From: an uncultured delta proteobacterium
Lineage (GTDB): Bacteria > Myxococcota_A > Polyangia > Polyangiales > Polyangiaceae
DNA length: 64,000 nucleotides
Direction of reading: 5' to 3'
Assembly: GCA_963696385.1 (NCBI GenBank)
Contig: CAVOKF010000003.1
Span: forward strand, 224,001 to 288,000
Shown here: one piece after another, positions 1 through 9,617 of the stretch
How the letters are laid out: each line of letters begins with the position of its first letter
Numbering within the stretch: position 1 is the stretch's first letter
Notes under the pieces: model-generated
Databases searched by the model: none
The model's input: only the letters and a program-made list of their open reading frames with translations
What the model was told of the DNA's origin: nothing
Position numbers and translations under genes: made by a program

Positions 1-175
1 TCTCGGCCCGTGCCGACGACTTCGTCATCCATCTCCAGCTTCGTGGGCCCCTCGGGCACGGCTTGCGCGGCAGCCGGCGTGAAATCGCTCTTGGGCTCGT
101 CGACCGGCTTGGAGCAAGACGCCGCGACAGACACGAGGACGAGCAACGAGAGCCGGCACATGACGGACGGCGACG

Positions 176-1549
176 CTAGCGGAGCCGGGGCTGCGCGCCA
201 AGCCGGCCGGACGGCGTGGCCGCCGGACGGGCCTCGCTGGGCTGAACGCCCAACACATCTCCCACGAGCGCGGCGATCGTGGCGATCTGATCGCGGGTGA
301 CGGTCAGGTGGACCTTCAAAGACGAGCCTTCGGACGAAGTCTCGACGTGGTCGAGGAGGCCGTGCGTGACAAGCGACGTGAGCGTGTCGTTGTGACGCCG
401 GACCAATCGAGCGACTTGCACCGCAGCGGCAGCTGCCGCGGCCGCATCGTCGGTATCCCCGTCCACGTACACGTCGGCTCCTTCGTCAGCGCGCGGCACG
501 ACGCGCAACCTCAATTCGTGGATCGCATCGGACAGATCCGGAATGGCGCGGTGGGGGCTGACGAAACGCAGATACACCGCGTCGCCCTCGCGAATGGGAG
601 CCATCACTCGGGCTCCGACGAGCTGGCGAGCCACCTTCGACGCGGCGCTCGGAGGCACCACGGCCAGCACTCGGGATTGCGGGCGGAGAATGACGCGCTC
701 GGCGCGATCGGCGTGGGCGAGCGTTGCCTTGACCCCGCGAACTCCCGCGTCGATGAAACCGCCGCCCGTGGTTCTGCGACCGATCGCCGCAACCGCACGA
801 TCCATCGTCGTGTCCGGCGCGGAGTAATGGATCAGCACCACGTCGCGTTCCGTATTGACGAGCGACGGACCGCTGATGACGATCCAATCGATATCTCGCA
901 CGGGATCGAGAGTCGTGCCCGCCATGAATTGGTCCCATTGAGGCAGGGCTCGCAAGAGGTAGCCTATGGTCGCGCCGACGGGGTTCTTTCGAATCACTTC
1001 GGCGTTGATGACGAGCATGACGAGAACTCGATCCGTCTGGATGGCGCTCATCAGTGCTTCGGCATCGGGCGCGGATCCCGCATCGAAACGCGCGACCGCT
1101 GCATCGCTCACCTCGCCCGCCTCGAGCGAGAAGGCCTCTGCTGCGCTTGTCACGGCCGCGTCGCGCACCGCTGTTCGCCCCCCGACGCCGGCGTCGTGTC
1201 GGCGCGCCTGGTCCCCGTCCTCGACCGCAGGCAGCTGGGCCGACGTACCCTCGGACGGAGCCGTTTGCTCGGACGGAGACACGTCGGCTGCGGAGAGAAC
1301 GTCGATGGCGATCGACGCCTCCCCCTCGACATCCGTGATTTCGAGATGGTTCAGCTCGAGTGGAAAAAGCAAGGCATGCAGGCCGGCGGAGACCGCTAGC
1401 GCAATCACCGACGCGATGCGCACGGGCCGGCGCGACCAGAAACGCTCGGGCCCGCTGCGAGCCATTTTCCCGACGCGCCGGGTCGCATGCGGGTCCGCCG
1501 GCGCAGCCAATCCTGCGGCGAGGGCCCTCCTCGTCCCCTCCTCAGTCAC
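176..1549 (-). CDS. Hypothetical membrane-anchored protein (457 aa)
   Basis: Long ORF with an N-terminal hydrophobic segment (IASVIALAVSAGLHALLF), Ala/Asp-rich linker and globular C-terminal region. Divergent from the L,D-transpeptidase. No family recognised. Confidence 0.75.
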   Translation of the reverse strand: MTEEGTRRALAAGLAAPADPHATRRVGKMARSGPERFWSRRPVRIASVIALAVSAGLHALLFPLELNHLEITDVEGEASIAIDVLSAADVSPSEQTAPSEGTSAQLPAVEDGDQARRHDAGVGGRTAVRDAAVTSAAEAFSLEAGEVSDAAVARFDAGSAPDAEALMSAIQTDRVLVMLVINAEVIRKNPVGATIGYLLRALPQWDQFMAGTTLDPVRDIDWIVISGPSLVNTERDVVLIHYSAPDTTMDRAVAAIGRRTTGGGFIDAGVRGVKATLAHADRAERVILRPQSRVLAVVPPSAASKVARQLVGARVMAPIREGDAVYLRFVSPHRAIPDLSDAIHELRLRVVPRADEGADVYVDGDTDDAAAAAAAAVQVARLVRRHNDTLTSLVTHGLLDHVETSSEGSSLKVHLTVTRDQIATIAALVGDVLGVQPSEARPAATPSGRLGAQPRLR

Positions 1550-1698
1550 GTAAGCTCCTTCACGCGCGGATTCACCCTCGCAGTAAGCCGGTGTTTAGGT
1601 CCTCGAATTCGGGAGGCCGGGCGGAGGCCGTGGTCCAGGGCCGAGAAGTGGTATGACCCGCCACGAACGCGTTATGAAACAGCTGCGTTAGCATCCTC

Positions 1699-3390
1699 AT
1701 GGTTTGCCGTCGCCCTGCGTCGTTCACCATCGTCCTGTCGATGTTCGCCTCCATGACCGTCGCTTGCAGGCAGCCGCGCACACTCTCCGGGGGCGTCGAA
1801 CCGCCTTCCCCGTCCTCGGCGGGCCCGGTCCTGGCGGACGCGGGTCTCGCGCCGAGTGCGGGAGCGGTCTCCGACGCGGGATCCTACGACGGTCCATGGA
1901 TCGGCGCGATCGTGATGCAGGCGCCCATCTGGAGCGAAATGGAGACCCCGAACGATCGGAGAGGCGAACATGACAGCAAGTCCGTGCGCCTGGGCTATTT
2001 GAGATATGGCGAGCGAGCGCCCGTGATTCCAGAGGTTCACAAGAAGTCCAATTGTGCCGAAGGTTGGTACGAGCTCGTGTCGGGTGGGTTCATCTGCGGC
2101 AAGCTCGCAACGATGGACCTCGATCACCCCAAGTTCAAGCTGGCTAAGGCACCGAACCTCGACGGATCTCTGCCGTACCTCTATGGCGTCAATCTCTGGA
2201 ATGGAACGCCGCTGTATCGTTCGGTGCCGTCACGCGAACAGCGCAAGAAGTTCGAACCATGGCTCTTCAAACCAAAAAAACCGAAGATGGTCGACGAAGA
2301 CCGCACGTATGCCCCGGCGAGCCTCGCGACAAGCATTGCGGACTCCGGCGTCTCCGACCCGGGGGCCTTGGAAGATGCCGACACTCCATGGTGGGACAAA
2401 GAGATTCCTGACGGGGGCCCACCACAGATCACGCTGGAGGATCTGCAAGAGAGCGGTGGCCCAATCGCACGGCGGATGGTCAAAGGATTCTATCTGTCGC
2501 TCGACCGCGAGATCGACGTCGGCGGGACCCAGTGGTGGAAGACGATCGCCGGTCTCTCCGCTCCAGCCGACCGAATTCTCGTTTCGAAGCCGGTCACCGA
2601 ATTTCACGGCGTTTGGCTCGGCAAGGACGCGGCGACGTTTGCGACCAAGAATGTCGCGTCGCGCCGGGTCGACAAGCTTCCCGTCGGCTTCGTCCTAAAC
2701 TACTTCGCCAAGCGCTGGATGCTCGACGAGGCAAGGAAGCACGCGTCCGTGGCGCCGGGTGCTCTCGACCGGTTCGACGCCATCGGACTCACCGGAGACA
2801 AGGCGCGCGCAAACGGGTACGAGTTCTGGGAGACGGACGAAGGCTGGTGGCTGCGCGCGATCGACGCCACCAAGACGGAGCCGGGCCCCGCGCCGGACAA
2901 GCTCGGCGAGGGCGAGAAATGGATCGACGTCAATCTCAAACGACAGACGCTCGTGGCCTTCGAAGGCGCGACGCCCGTCTTTGTCACGGTCGTTTCGAGC
3001 GGACGAAATGAACACGAGACCCCTCCGGGCAGTTTCCGCATCCGCGAGAAGCACATCTCGGCGACCATGGACGGCGATTCGGACACCGCAACGGACGGGC
3101 CGTACTCCATCGAGGACGTGCCCTACATCGAGTATTTCAATGCCGGATATGCTTTGCATGGCGCATTTTGGCACGGGGCATTCGGTTCGGTGAAAAGCCA
3201 TGGCTGCGTCAATCTGGCCCCGTGGGATGCCAAGGCGGTCTTCGGATGGACGGATCCGCCGCTGCCGGAAGGCTGGCATGCCGTTTTCGCGAACAAGGAC
3301 ACCCCTGGAACGCGCGTCGTCGTGCACGAAAAGGGCCCAGGCACCTGCGAGGGACCGAAGGCGGAGCCGCCGCAGTGCCCGGACCACTGA
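1699..3390 (+). CDS. L,D-transpeptidase (YkuD/ErfK family), probable lipoprotein
   Basis: C-terminal WIDVNLKRQTLVAFEG...VSSG...TPPGSF...HGAFWHGAFGSVKSHGCVNL contains the catalytic His and SHGC motif. N-terminal lipobox-like TVAC. Confidence 0.9.
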   Translation: MVCRRPASFTIVLSMFASMTVACRQPRTLSGGVEPPSPSSAGPVLADAGLAPSAGAVSDAGSYDGPWIGAIVMQAPIWSEMETPNDRRGEHDSKSVRLGYLRYGERAPVIPEVHKKSNCAEGWYELVSGGFICGKLATMDLDHPKFKLAKAPNLDGSLPYLYGVNLWNGTPLYRSVPSREQRKKFEPWLFKPKKPKMVDEDRTYAPASLATSIADSGVSDPGALEDADTPWWDKEIPDGGPPQITLEDLQESGGPIARRMVKGFYLSLDREIDVGGTQWWKTIAGLSAPADRILVSKPVTEFHGVWLGKDAATFATKNVASRRVDKLPVGFVLNYFAKRWMLDEARKHASVAPGALDRFDAIGLTGDKARANGYEFWETDEGWWLRAIDATKTEPGPAPDKLGEGEKWIDVNLKRQTLVAFEGATPVFVTVVSSGRNEHETPPGSFRIREKHISATMDGDSDTATDGPYSIEDVPYIEYFNAGYALHGAFWHGAFGSVKSHGCVNLAPWDAKAVFGWTDPPLPEGWHAVFANKDTPGTRVVVHEKGPGTCEGPKAEPPQCPDH

Positions 3391-3501
3391 CGCTCTGTCC
3401 GACGTGCCCTCCGGCCTACGAGCCCAGTCGCGCTCCGCGCTCAACCCGGCAGCTTGACGTGAGGCGTGGCGTCCGGCAGACCAATGCGCTCGTCCGCACC
3501 C

Positions 3502-4497
3502 ATGGAAGACCAATTCACCGCACACCTGGACCGCGGTTGGGATCTCGCCCAGAAGGGAGACGCCGCGGGCGCCATCGCCTGCGCCCGGCGCGCCCTGGAA
3601 CTCGACCCGCAGTCGCCTGAAGTGCACAACCTGATGGGGTTCGCGTCCGCACTGGACGGCGAAGCGGAAGAGGCCCTCGAGCACTATCGGCTCGCGATTG
3701 CACTCGACGAAACCTACTTCGAGGCCATGCTCAACGCGGCGGAGGTGATGATTGCTCCACTCGGCGAGTACGATAGCGCCATCGCGCAGATCGAGGAGGC
3801 GCTCGACTATGCTGAGACAGACGAAGAGGTCGCCGACTGCGTTCTGCTCAAAGTGGATGCATGGATGGCGAAGGGCGACTACGAGGAAGCGAAGCGGGCG
3901 ATGAAGATGCTCCCAGACGGACCGGTCGGCGGCCCAACCTATCTGTTTCTGATCGGCCGGGCTTGGTACGAGCTCGGCCAGATCGACAAGGCGGCGCCGC
4001 TCATCGAGCAAGCGGTCCACGCCGACCCGCAAAGCGCGGACGCGCATTACTATCTCGGCTTGGTACGCGACGAGCAGGGCGACGCGCGCGGGGCGACGGA
4101 GGCGCTCTTGCGGTCACGGGCACTCGACGGCGCTCGCGGGCCGGCCGTTTGGGCGCCCAGTCCAGAGACGTTCACGACCCTGGTCGGAACGGCGATCGAA
4201 AAGCTCGACGCGGTCCTGGCGCGGTACGTACGGGGGTCCGAAGTATACGTCGTCGACCTGCCCGGCGCCGAGTTGGTTGTCGACGGAGTCAATCCGCGCG
4301 CACTGCTCGTCATCGACACGCCGCCGACTGAAGAGGGTGCGCCGGCTCGAGTGCGCCTCTTCGTCTACCAGCGAAACGTGGAACGAGCGGCCGGCTCGCT
4401 CGAGGCGATGGATGCCGAACTGGCGTCGGCGCTCGAGCGCGAAGTGGCGGCTGTCTTCTTGGAAGGTCAGAAGCCCGACAAGAACCAGCTCAACTGA
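3502..4497 (+). CDS. TPR protein with C-terminal zincin-like domain lacking HExxH
   Basis: Multiple TPR repeats (ARRALELDPQSPEVHNLMG; ADPQSADAHYYLG). C-terminal RLFVYQRNVE...LEREVAAVF. ATG 3502 chosen as start. Confidence 0.85.
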   Translation: MEDQFTAHLDRGWDLAQKGDAAGAIACARRALELDPQSPEVHNLMGFASALDGEAEEALEHYRLAIALDETYFEAMLNAAEVMIAPLGEYDSAIAQIEEALDYAETDEEVADCVLLKVDAWMAKGDYEEAKRAMKMLPDGPVGGPTYLFLIGRAWYELGQIDKAAPLIEQAVHADPQSADAHYYLGLVRDEQGDARGATEALLRSRALDGARGPAVWAPSPETFTTLVGTAIEKLDAVLARYVRGSEVYVVDLPGAELVVDGVNPRALLVIDTPPTEEGAPARVRLFVYQRNVERAAGSLEAMDAELASALEREVAAVFLEGQKPDKNQLN

Positions 4498-4510
4498 AGC
4501 CGCCACGACG

Positions 4511-4885
4511 ATGAGCGTGCAAGAATACCGGATCCGCCTCGACGGCGTTCGGTTCCGGAGCAAGCACGGAGCCTCGGCATCCGAGCGACGCCTGCCGCAA
4601 GACTTCGTCGCTCACGTGGAGCTGTCTTTGCCGCCGTCCAAGCTGCCGCGCGGGGACGACCGTGCGGAAGTCGTCGACTACGACCACATCGCGTCGGTCG
4701 TCGTCGAAGAGGGAACCGGCCGCAGCTACCGTCTCCTCGAGACGCTTGCCCGTCGCATCGTCGAGAGACTGTTCGCGGAGTGCCCTGCGACCAGCATCCG
4801 AATCCTCATCACGAAGGCAAAGCCGCCGACGTCAAGCAGCGTCGAGGCGGCGTCCGTCGAGTTGACCGTAACGCGCGAGAGCTGA
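4511..4885 (+). CDS. folB: Dihydroneopterin aldolase
   Basis: IRLDGVRFRSKHGASASERRLPQDF...VVDYD...LLETLA...ITKAKPP matches the FolB pattern. ATG at 4511. Confidence 0.85.
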   Translation: MSVQEYRIRLDGVRFRSKHGASASERRLPQDFVAHVELSLPPSKLPRGDDRAEVVDYDHIASVVVEEGTGRSYRLLETLARRIVERLFAECPATSIRILITKAKPPTSSSVEAASVELTVTRES

Positions 4886-5006
4886 CGTTGCGGCCGCATG
4901 CGCGGAAATCCCGCAGAAATGGGGGGCCATCGGCAGACGGATGAGCCCCTGCGCTTCGACGCTCAAGGTTGAGGCGATCGCGTCGTGTCCGGCCGCAACG
5001 ATGACG

Positions 5007-6074
5007 CTACCCGGCGCGCGAAGCGAGGTCGTGGGCGATGGCTCCCAGCAGATCTCGGGCAACCCCCGGCGGCACGGCGTCGAGCGACGCCAGGGCACGC
5101 GCCGTCTCGTCGCGGGCGAGCACGCGGACTCCATCGCACACGCCCGAGGCGCGGACGGCATCGGCGACTTGCAACGCCGCACGTGAGTCGCCGGCGCGGG
5201 CCGCATCCACTTCGGAGACGAGCGCTGGGCGAGCGGCGATCGCACGAATAAGTGGAAGAGTCAGCTTACCTTCCGCCAGATCGGCCAGAGACATCTTGCC
5301 GGTCGCCCCGGGATCACCCACGTAATCGAGCACGTCGTCGACCAGTTGAAAGGCCACGCCAAGACGCGCACCAAACTCGGCCAAGGCCGCAGCCGCACCC
5401 GCGGGGGCGCCCGCGACGACGGCGCCGGAGCGAGCAGCCCAGGCGAAGAGCGACGCCGTCTTGTCATGGACGATCCGAAAGTAAACGTCCTCGCTCGCAT
5501 CGAGAAACATCCGTCCGCGAAGTTGGATGACTTCGCCATCGACCAGTCGCCGAAGGGTCACGAACAAATCGATGAGCACGGCCTGTGGGGCCACGAGAGC
5601 CGCGCGCTCAAGCGCGTGCGTCAGCAGCAAGTCACCGGCGAGCACGCTGACGGCGTTGCCCCAGACTCGCCGGGGGGTCGGCCGGCCGCGACGCTCATCG
5701 CCTTCGTCAATCACGTCATCGTGCAGCAGGGTGGCGAGATGAACGAGCTCCGCCACGACCGCCAGCTCACGGGCGGCCCGAGACGGCGCGCCGAAGCAAG
5801 CGGCCGACAGGAGGACGGTCAGTGGGCGAACGCGCTTACCTCCGGCTTCGAGCAGATGCGTTGCCGAATCGGTCGCCGGAGAGACCCCGTCCCGGGTCAA
5901 ACGCGCGAGCGCCCAATCGACAGCGTCCATGTCGTCGCCGAGCAGCGCCCTCACCTGCGCCAGACGCTCCGCCGCGCGCCCGCCGGCGCGCTCGGCGGCA
6001 TCACGAAGAAGCGCGGCAGACACGGTGGCGTTGGTCGGAGCGTTCAAAATGATTTGAAGGACGTATGGAGGCAA
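5007..6074 (-). CDS. Polyprenyl diphosphate synthase (IspB-like)
   Basis: GGKRVRP, first Asp-rich motif LHDDVID...RRG, KTASLF, second motif FQLVDDVLD. Start codon uncertain. Confidence 0.92.
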   Translation of the reverse strand: MPPYVLQIILNAPTNATVSAALLRDAAERAGGRAAERLAQVRALLGDDMDAVDWALARLTRDGVSPATDSATHLLEAGGKRVRPLTVLLSAACFGAPSRAARELAVVAELVHLATLLHDDVIDEGDERRGRPTPRRVWGNAVSVLAGDLLLTHALERAALVAPQAVLIDLFVTLRRLVDGEVIQLRGRMFLDASEDVYFRIVHDKTASLFAWAARSGAVVAGAPAGAAAALAEFGARLGVAFQLVDDVLDYVGDPGATGKMSLADLAEGKLTLPLIRAIAARPALVSEVDAARAGDSRAALQVADAVRASGVCDGVRVLARDETARALASLDAVPPGVARDLLGAIAHDLASRAG

Positions 6075-6109
6075 CGTCGCCCGGGGTCAAGCCTTCCCGG
6101 CAGAGCGCC

Positions 6110-6907
6110 CTAGCCGGCGAACGGCGTGGCTCCTCCGCACACCGAGAGGGCTTGGCCGGTGATCGCCGCCGCTGCGTGGCCGCAGAGAAAGGCGACCAGC
6201 TGCGCGACCTCGCCCGGGTCGACGAAGCGGCCAAGCGGCACAGCCGCTTTCGCTTGACGGGCAGCGGCTTCATCGCTCTCGCCTGCATCTACCGCAATTT
6301 CTCTGAGTCTCGCGCGGGCCATCTCCGTCTCAACCCAGCCCGGACATATGGCGTTGCACGTGATGCCGCGTGGACCCACCTCGACGGCGACTGCCCGCAC
6401 GAGGCCGTGTACGCCGGCTTTGCTGGCGCAGTAGGCGGCTTGGCCTGCAACCCCAAATTTCCCGAGGACGCTGCTGATGGCCACGAGCCGGCCGGCCCCC
6501 TGCATCGCAGCCACGGCCGCGTCGAACAAGTGGACGGTGCCGAGCAGATTGGTATCGATGATGTCGCGTAAGCGCTCGAGGCCGTTTGAAGCACCCGACC
6601 CCATTCGGACGACTCCCGTCCGCCCAGCGTTGGCCACGGCCGCATCGAGGCGCCCCCAAATCTCGACGGCACGCCCCACCGCCGCCCGGACGTGCGCCTC
6701 GTCCCGCACGTCGCCGACGACGTGCCGGGCATGGCCCCCTCCGTGCACGATCTCACCCACCGTATCGCCGAGCGCACGCTCATCACGGCCCGTCACCAGC
6801 ACGCGTGCGCCTCGACCGGAGAGCTCAAGCGCGATCGCACGCCCAATGCCCTTCCCTCCCCCCGTCACGACGGCAACATGACCGTCGAGCTCACGATCGC
6901 GGATCAT
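6110..6907 (-). CDS. SDR family oxidoreductase
   Basis: TGGGKGIG, VANAG, YCASK, CPGWVET motifs. Confidence 0.93.
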   Translation of the reverse strand: MIRDRELDGHVAVVTGGGKGIGRAIALELSGRGARVLVTGRDERALGDTVGEIVHGGGHARHVVGDVRDEAHVRAAVGRAVEIWGRLDAAVANAGRTGVVRMGSGASNGLERLRDIIDTNLLGTVHLFDAAVAAMQGAGRLVAISSVLGKFGVAGQAAYCASKAGVHGLVRAVAVEVGPRGITCNAICPGWVETEMARARLREIAVDAGESDEAAARQAKAAVPLGRFVDPGEVAQLVAFLCGHAAAAITGQALSVCGGATPFAG

Positions 6908-6959
6908 GGGCCGCTCCTAGCACATTGACAGATGGGCTCGCGCCGACCATGACGGCGCC

Positions 6960-7457
6960 ATGCCCGACGAGCTTCCCAGCGCGGATGGCGCGATCGTCGA
7001 ACGCGCGCGCCAACGCGGCAGACGCGTTGCGCACGGCCTCGTCATTTTGGTCGCACTCGCGTTCATCGCCGCGAGTGCGCTTCAGATCATTGCGGCGGTT
7101 TTCGGTCGCAACACAGCAGGGCCCGGAGCTTGGCGCGCGATTTCCCCGACAGACCACGCCTGTGCCGTCGGACTGCGCGCTCTGGCAGAAGCCTTAGACC
7201 GCGGGAGCGATGGGGTAGGCCCTTGGGGTGATATCGATGAGAGGCACTTCGTCATCGGGCGGGACCCCGTTCTAGCCGCAGGGAGTATGGCGGACCGAGT
7301 GTCGCAGGCTTGCGCGGCCTCCCCAGAAGGCTTGGATGCATGGGCCGCGCTCGAGCGTCTCCGGTCCGCACGAGAGCAAGTCGCCCGGCGCAGCCAAGCC
7401 GAGCTCGGACCGCTGCGCCGCGACCTGTTCGCGCACCTACCGACCGACTTGCGCTAA
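6960..7457 (+). CDS. Hypothetical single-TM protein
   Basis: Hydrophobic segment GLVILVALAFIAASALQIIAAVF. Ends 3 nt before deaD. Confidence 0.6.
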   Translation: MPDELPSADGAIVERARQRGRRVAHGLVILVALAFIAASALQIIAAVFGRNTAGPGAWRAISPTDHACAVGLRALAEALDRGSDGVGPWGDIDERHFVIGRDPVLAAGSMADRVSQACAASPEGLDAWAALERLRSAREQVARRSQAELGPLRRDLFAHLPTDLR

Positions 7458-7460
7458 TAG

Positions 7461-9506
7461 ATGCGTCCAATGACCGAGCGCAATGTACCCGCGGAATCCG
7501 GCCCGACGGAGGTGACGTTCGACGTGCTGCCGCTCGGTGCCGAGGTTCGCCGCGCCATCGATGCCATGGGATATCGGCATCCGACACCGGTGCAACTCGC
7601 CGTCTTCGAGCCGGCTGTCGAAGGCCGCAACCTGGTCGTGCAGGCGCGGACCGGCACCGGCAAGACGACGGCCTTCGGGTTGCCCATCGTCGATCGTGTC
7701 GTTCGCCCTGCGACGAAGGCCGTGCAGGCGCTCGTTTTGTGCCCCACGCGTGAGCTCGCTTTGCAAGTGTCGCGCGAGGTCGAACAGCTCGGGCAATTCC
7801 GAGGCATCCAAGTCGTTCCGGTGTATGGGGGGGCATCCATCACCAAGCAGATCGAGGCGATCGAATCCGGGGGACACATCGTCGTGGGTACGCCCGGCCG
7901 CGTCCTCGACCATCTGCGGCAAAAGACGCTCGACCCGAGCGGCATTCGCGTTCTCGTTCTGGACGAAGCGGACGAGATGCTTTCGATGGGGTTCGCTCGA
8001 GAGCTGAACGCCATCATCGAAACGCTGCCGAAGAACCGCCAAGGGATGTTCTTTAGCGCGACTCTGCCGCCGGACATCGAGCGTTTGGCGCACAACCACC
8101 TGCGTGACGCGGAGCTCATTACGCTCTCGAGCGATCAGGTGGGCGCATTGCAGATCGCCCACTACGTTTACGTGATGCGAGAGGGGGACAAAATAGGTCA
8201 GCTCGTGCGCGTTCTGGAGGTCGAAGACCCCGAAAGCGCGATCGTATTCTGCAACACACGCGATGAAACGCTGCGGGTCGCCGAGGCGCTCAAGGCTCGC
8301 GGCTTCGACGCGGATTGGTTGAATGGCGATCTCCCTCAGAACGAACGTGAGCGCGTCATGAGTGCGACGCGGGAGGGTCGATTGCGGTTCCTCGTCGCGA
8401 CCGACGTTGCCGCCCGGGGAATCGACATTTCGCACCTGACGCACGTCATCAATCATGACTTTCCAGATACCGCTGAGCAATACGTGCACCGGACCGGGCG
8501 TACGGGGCGCGCTGGACGCACCGGAACGGCCATTTCCATCGTCGGGCCCAAGGACATCGGAAATCTGTATCTGCTGCGACTCACCTACAAGATTCGTCCC
8601 TTGGAAAAGCAGCTTCCGAGCGCTGGCGAGCTCAAGACCCGGGCGGAAATGGACCTGGTGCAGCTCTTCGTCGATGCGTTCGCGAACCGTACCGCCCACC
8701 CCGATGACCTGTCGCTCGCGCGCCGGCTGTTCACCCACGACGATGGCGAGCGAATCGTCGCCGGCTTGCTACGCGACCACCTGGGCGCACGCGGCGGCGG
8801 CGATGCGTCCACCGAAGCCGCAGAAGCGAGGCGCGCGCGCAATCCGGTCGTTCGACGACCGGACCCCAGCGCGACCTCGGTCGGCGAGATCGGGCGCGAG
8901 CCCGTGGCCGCGCGAGGATCCGAGGGGTCTCCGCTCCGCTCGGACCCTTCGCTGACAGCGCCATCCTCGGCGAAGCAGCCGGACCGGAGCAACCGCGGGC
9001 GGGAGGCGCAAGCGCGACCTGCCCCCCGATCCCGGGCGCCGGTCGCAAGCGAACTCGAAGTCACCCATTTCCGCTGGCAGCCCCCGAAGGAGGCCGACGA
9101 CGACGATCCTATCCTCGACGTGCCCGTCGCAACGGATCCCGACGCCGCGGCCCTTGCCGCACCGACCCCACCGCGCGACGAAGCACAGCGCGACGAGGCT
9201 TCCCGCAACCAGCCTCCCCGCGACGAGGACGCGGCGGCCAGTGCATCGCACCTGGGGCTGGGAGAAGCGTTCGTGCAGGTGTTCGTCAACGTGGGTACGC
9301 GGGAAGGCGTGCGAGCCCACGACCTTCAGCGGCTTCTTGCCGAGAGCGGTGTCGCTCCGAGCGATGTCGGCGGTGTTCGGGTGCGCGACCGCATGAGCTT
9401 CGTTCGCGTTCGCAGAGGGGCGTTCGATCGCGCGGTGGCTGGCCTGTCAGGGCAAGTGATTTCGGGGCGGACCGTCGTTGCCGAACTCGCAAGGGGCCGA
9501 GTCTGA
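7461..9506 (+). CDS. deaD: DEAD-box RNA helicase with C-terminal DbpA-type RNA-binding domain
   Basis: Q-motif PTPVQ, ARTGTGKT, PTRELA, TPGR, DEAD, SAT, ARGID, HRTGRTGRAG. C-terminal VFVNVGTREGV...DRMSFV. Confidence 0.9.
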   Translation: MRPMTERNVPAESGPTEVTFDVLPLGAEVRRAIDAMGYRHPTPVQLAVFEPAVEGRNLVVQARTGTGKTTAFGLPIVDRVVRPATKAVQALVLCPTRELALQVSREVEQLGQFRGIQVVPVYGGASITKQIEAIESGGHIVVGTPGRVLDHLRQKTLDPSGIRVLVLDEADEMLSMGFARELNAIIETLPKNRQGMFFSATLPPDIERLAHNHLRDAELITLSSDQVGALQIAHYVYVMREGDKIGQLVRVLEVEDPESAIVFCNTRDETLRVAEALKARGFDADWLNGDLPQNERERVMSATREGRLRFLVATDVAARGIDISHLTHVINHDFPDTAEQYVHRTGRTGRAGRTGTAISIVGPKDIGNLYLLRLTYKIRPLEKQLPSAGELKTRAEMDLVQLFVDAFANRTAHPDDLSLARRLFTHDDGERIVAGLLRDHLGARGGGDASTEAAEARRARNPVVRRPDPSATSVGEIGREPVAARGSEGSPLRSDPSLTAPSSAKQPDRSNRGREAQARPAPRSRAPVASELEVTHFRWQPPKEADDDDPILDVPVATDPDAAALAAPTPPRDEAQRDEASRNQPPRDEDAAASASHLGLGEAFVQVFVNVGTREGVRAHDLQRLLAESGVAPSDVGGVRVRDRMSFVRVRRGAFDRAVAGLSGQVISGRTVVAELARGRV

Positions 9507-9617
9507 AGCGTGGTCATAAAAAGACATTCTGGGAGGATGTAGCCCTTCCCAAGCCAGAATTTCGCCTCAGCCAGACATTGAGAGGCGCCGCCGGAGTGCC
9601 GTATCTTGGAGGGACCC

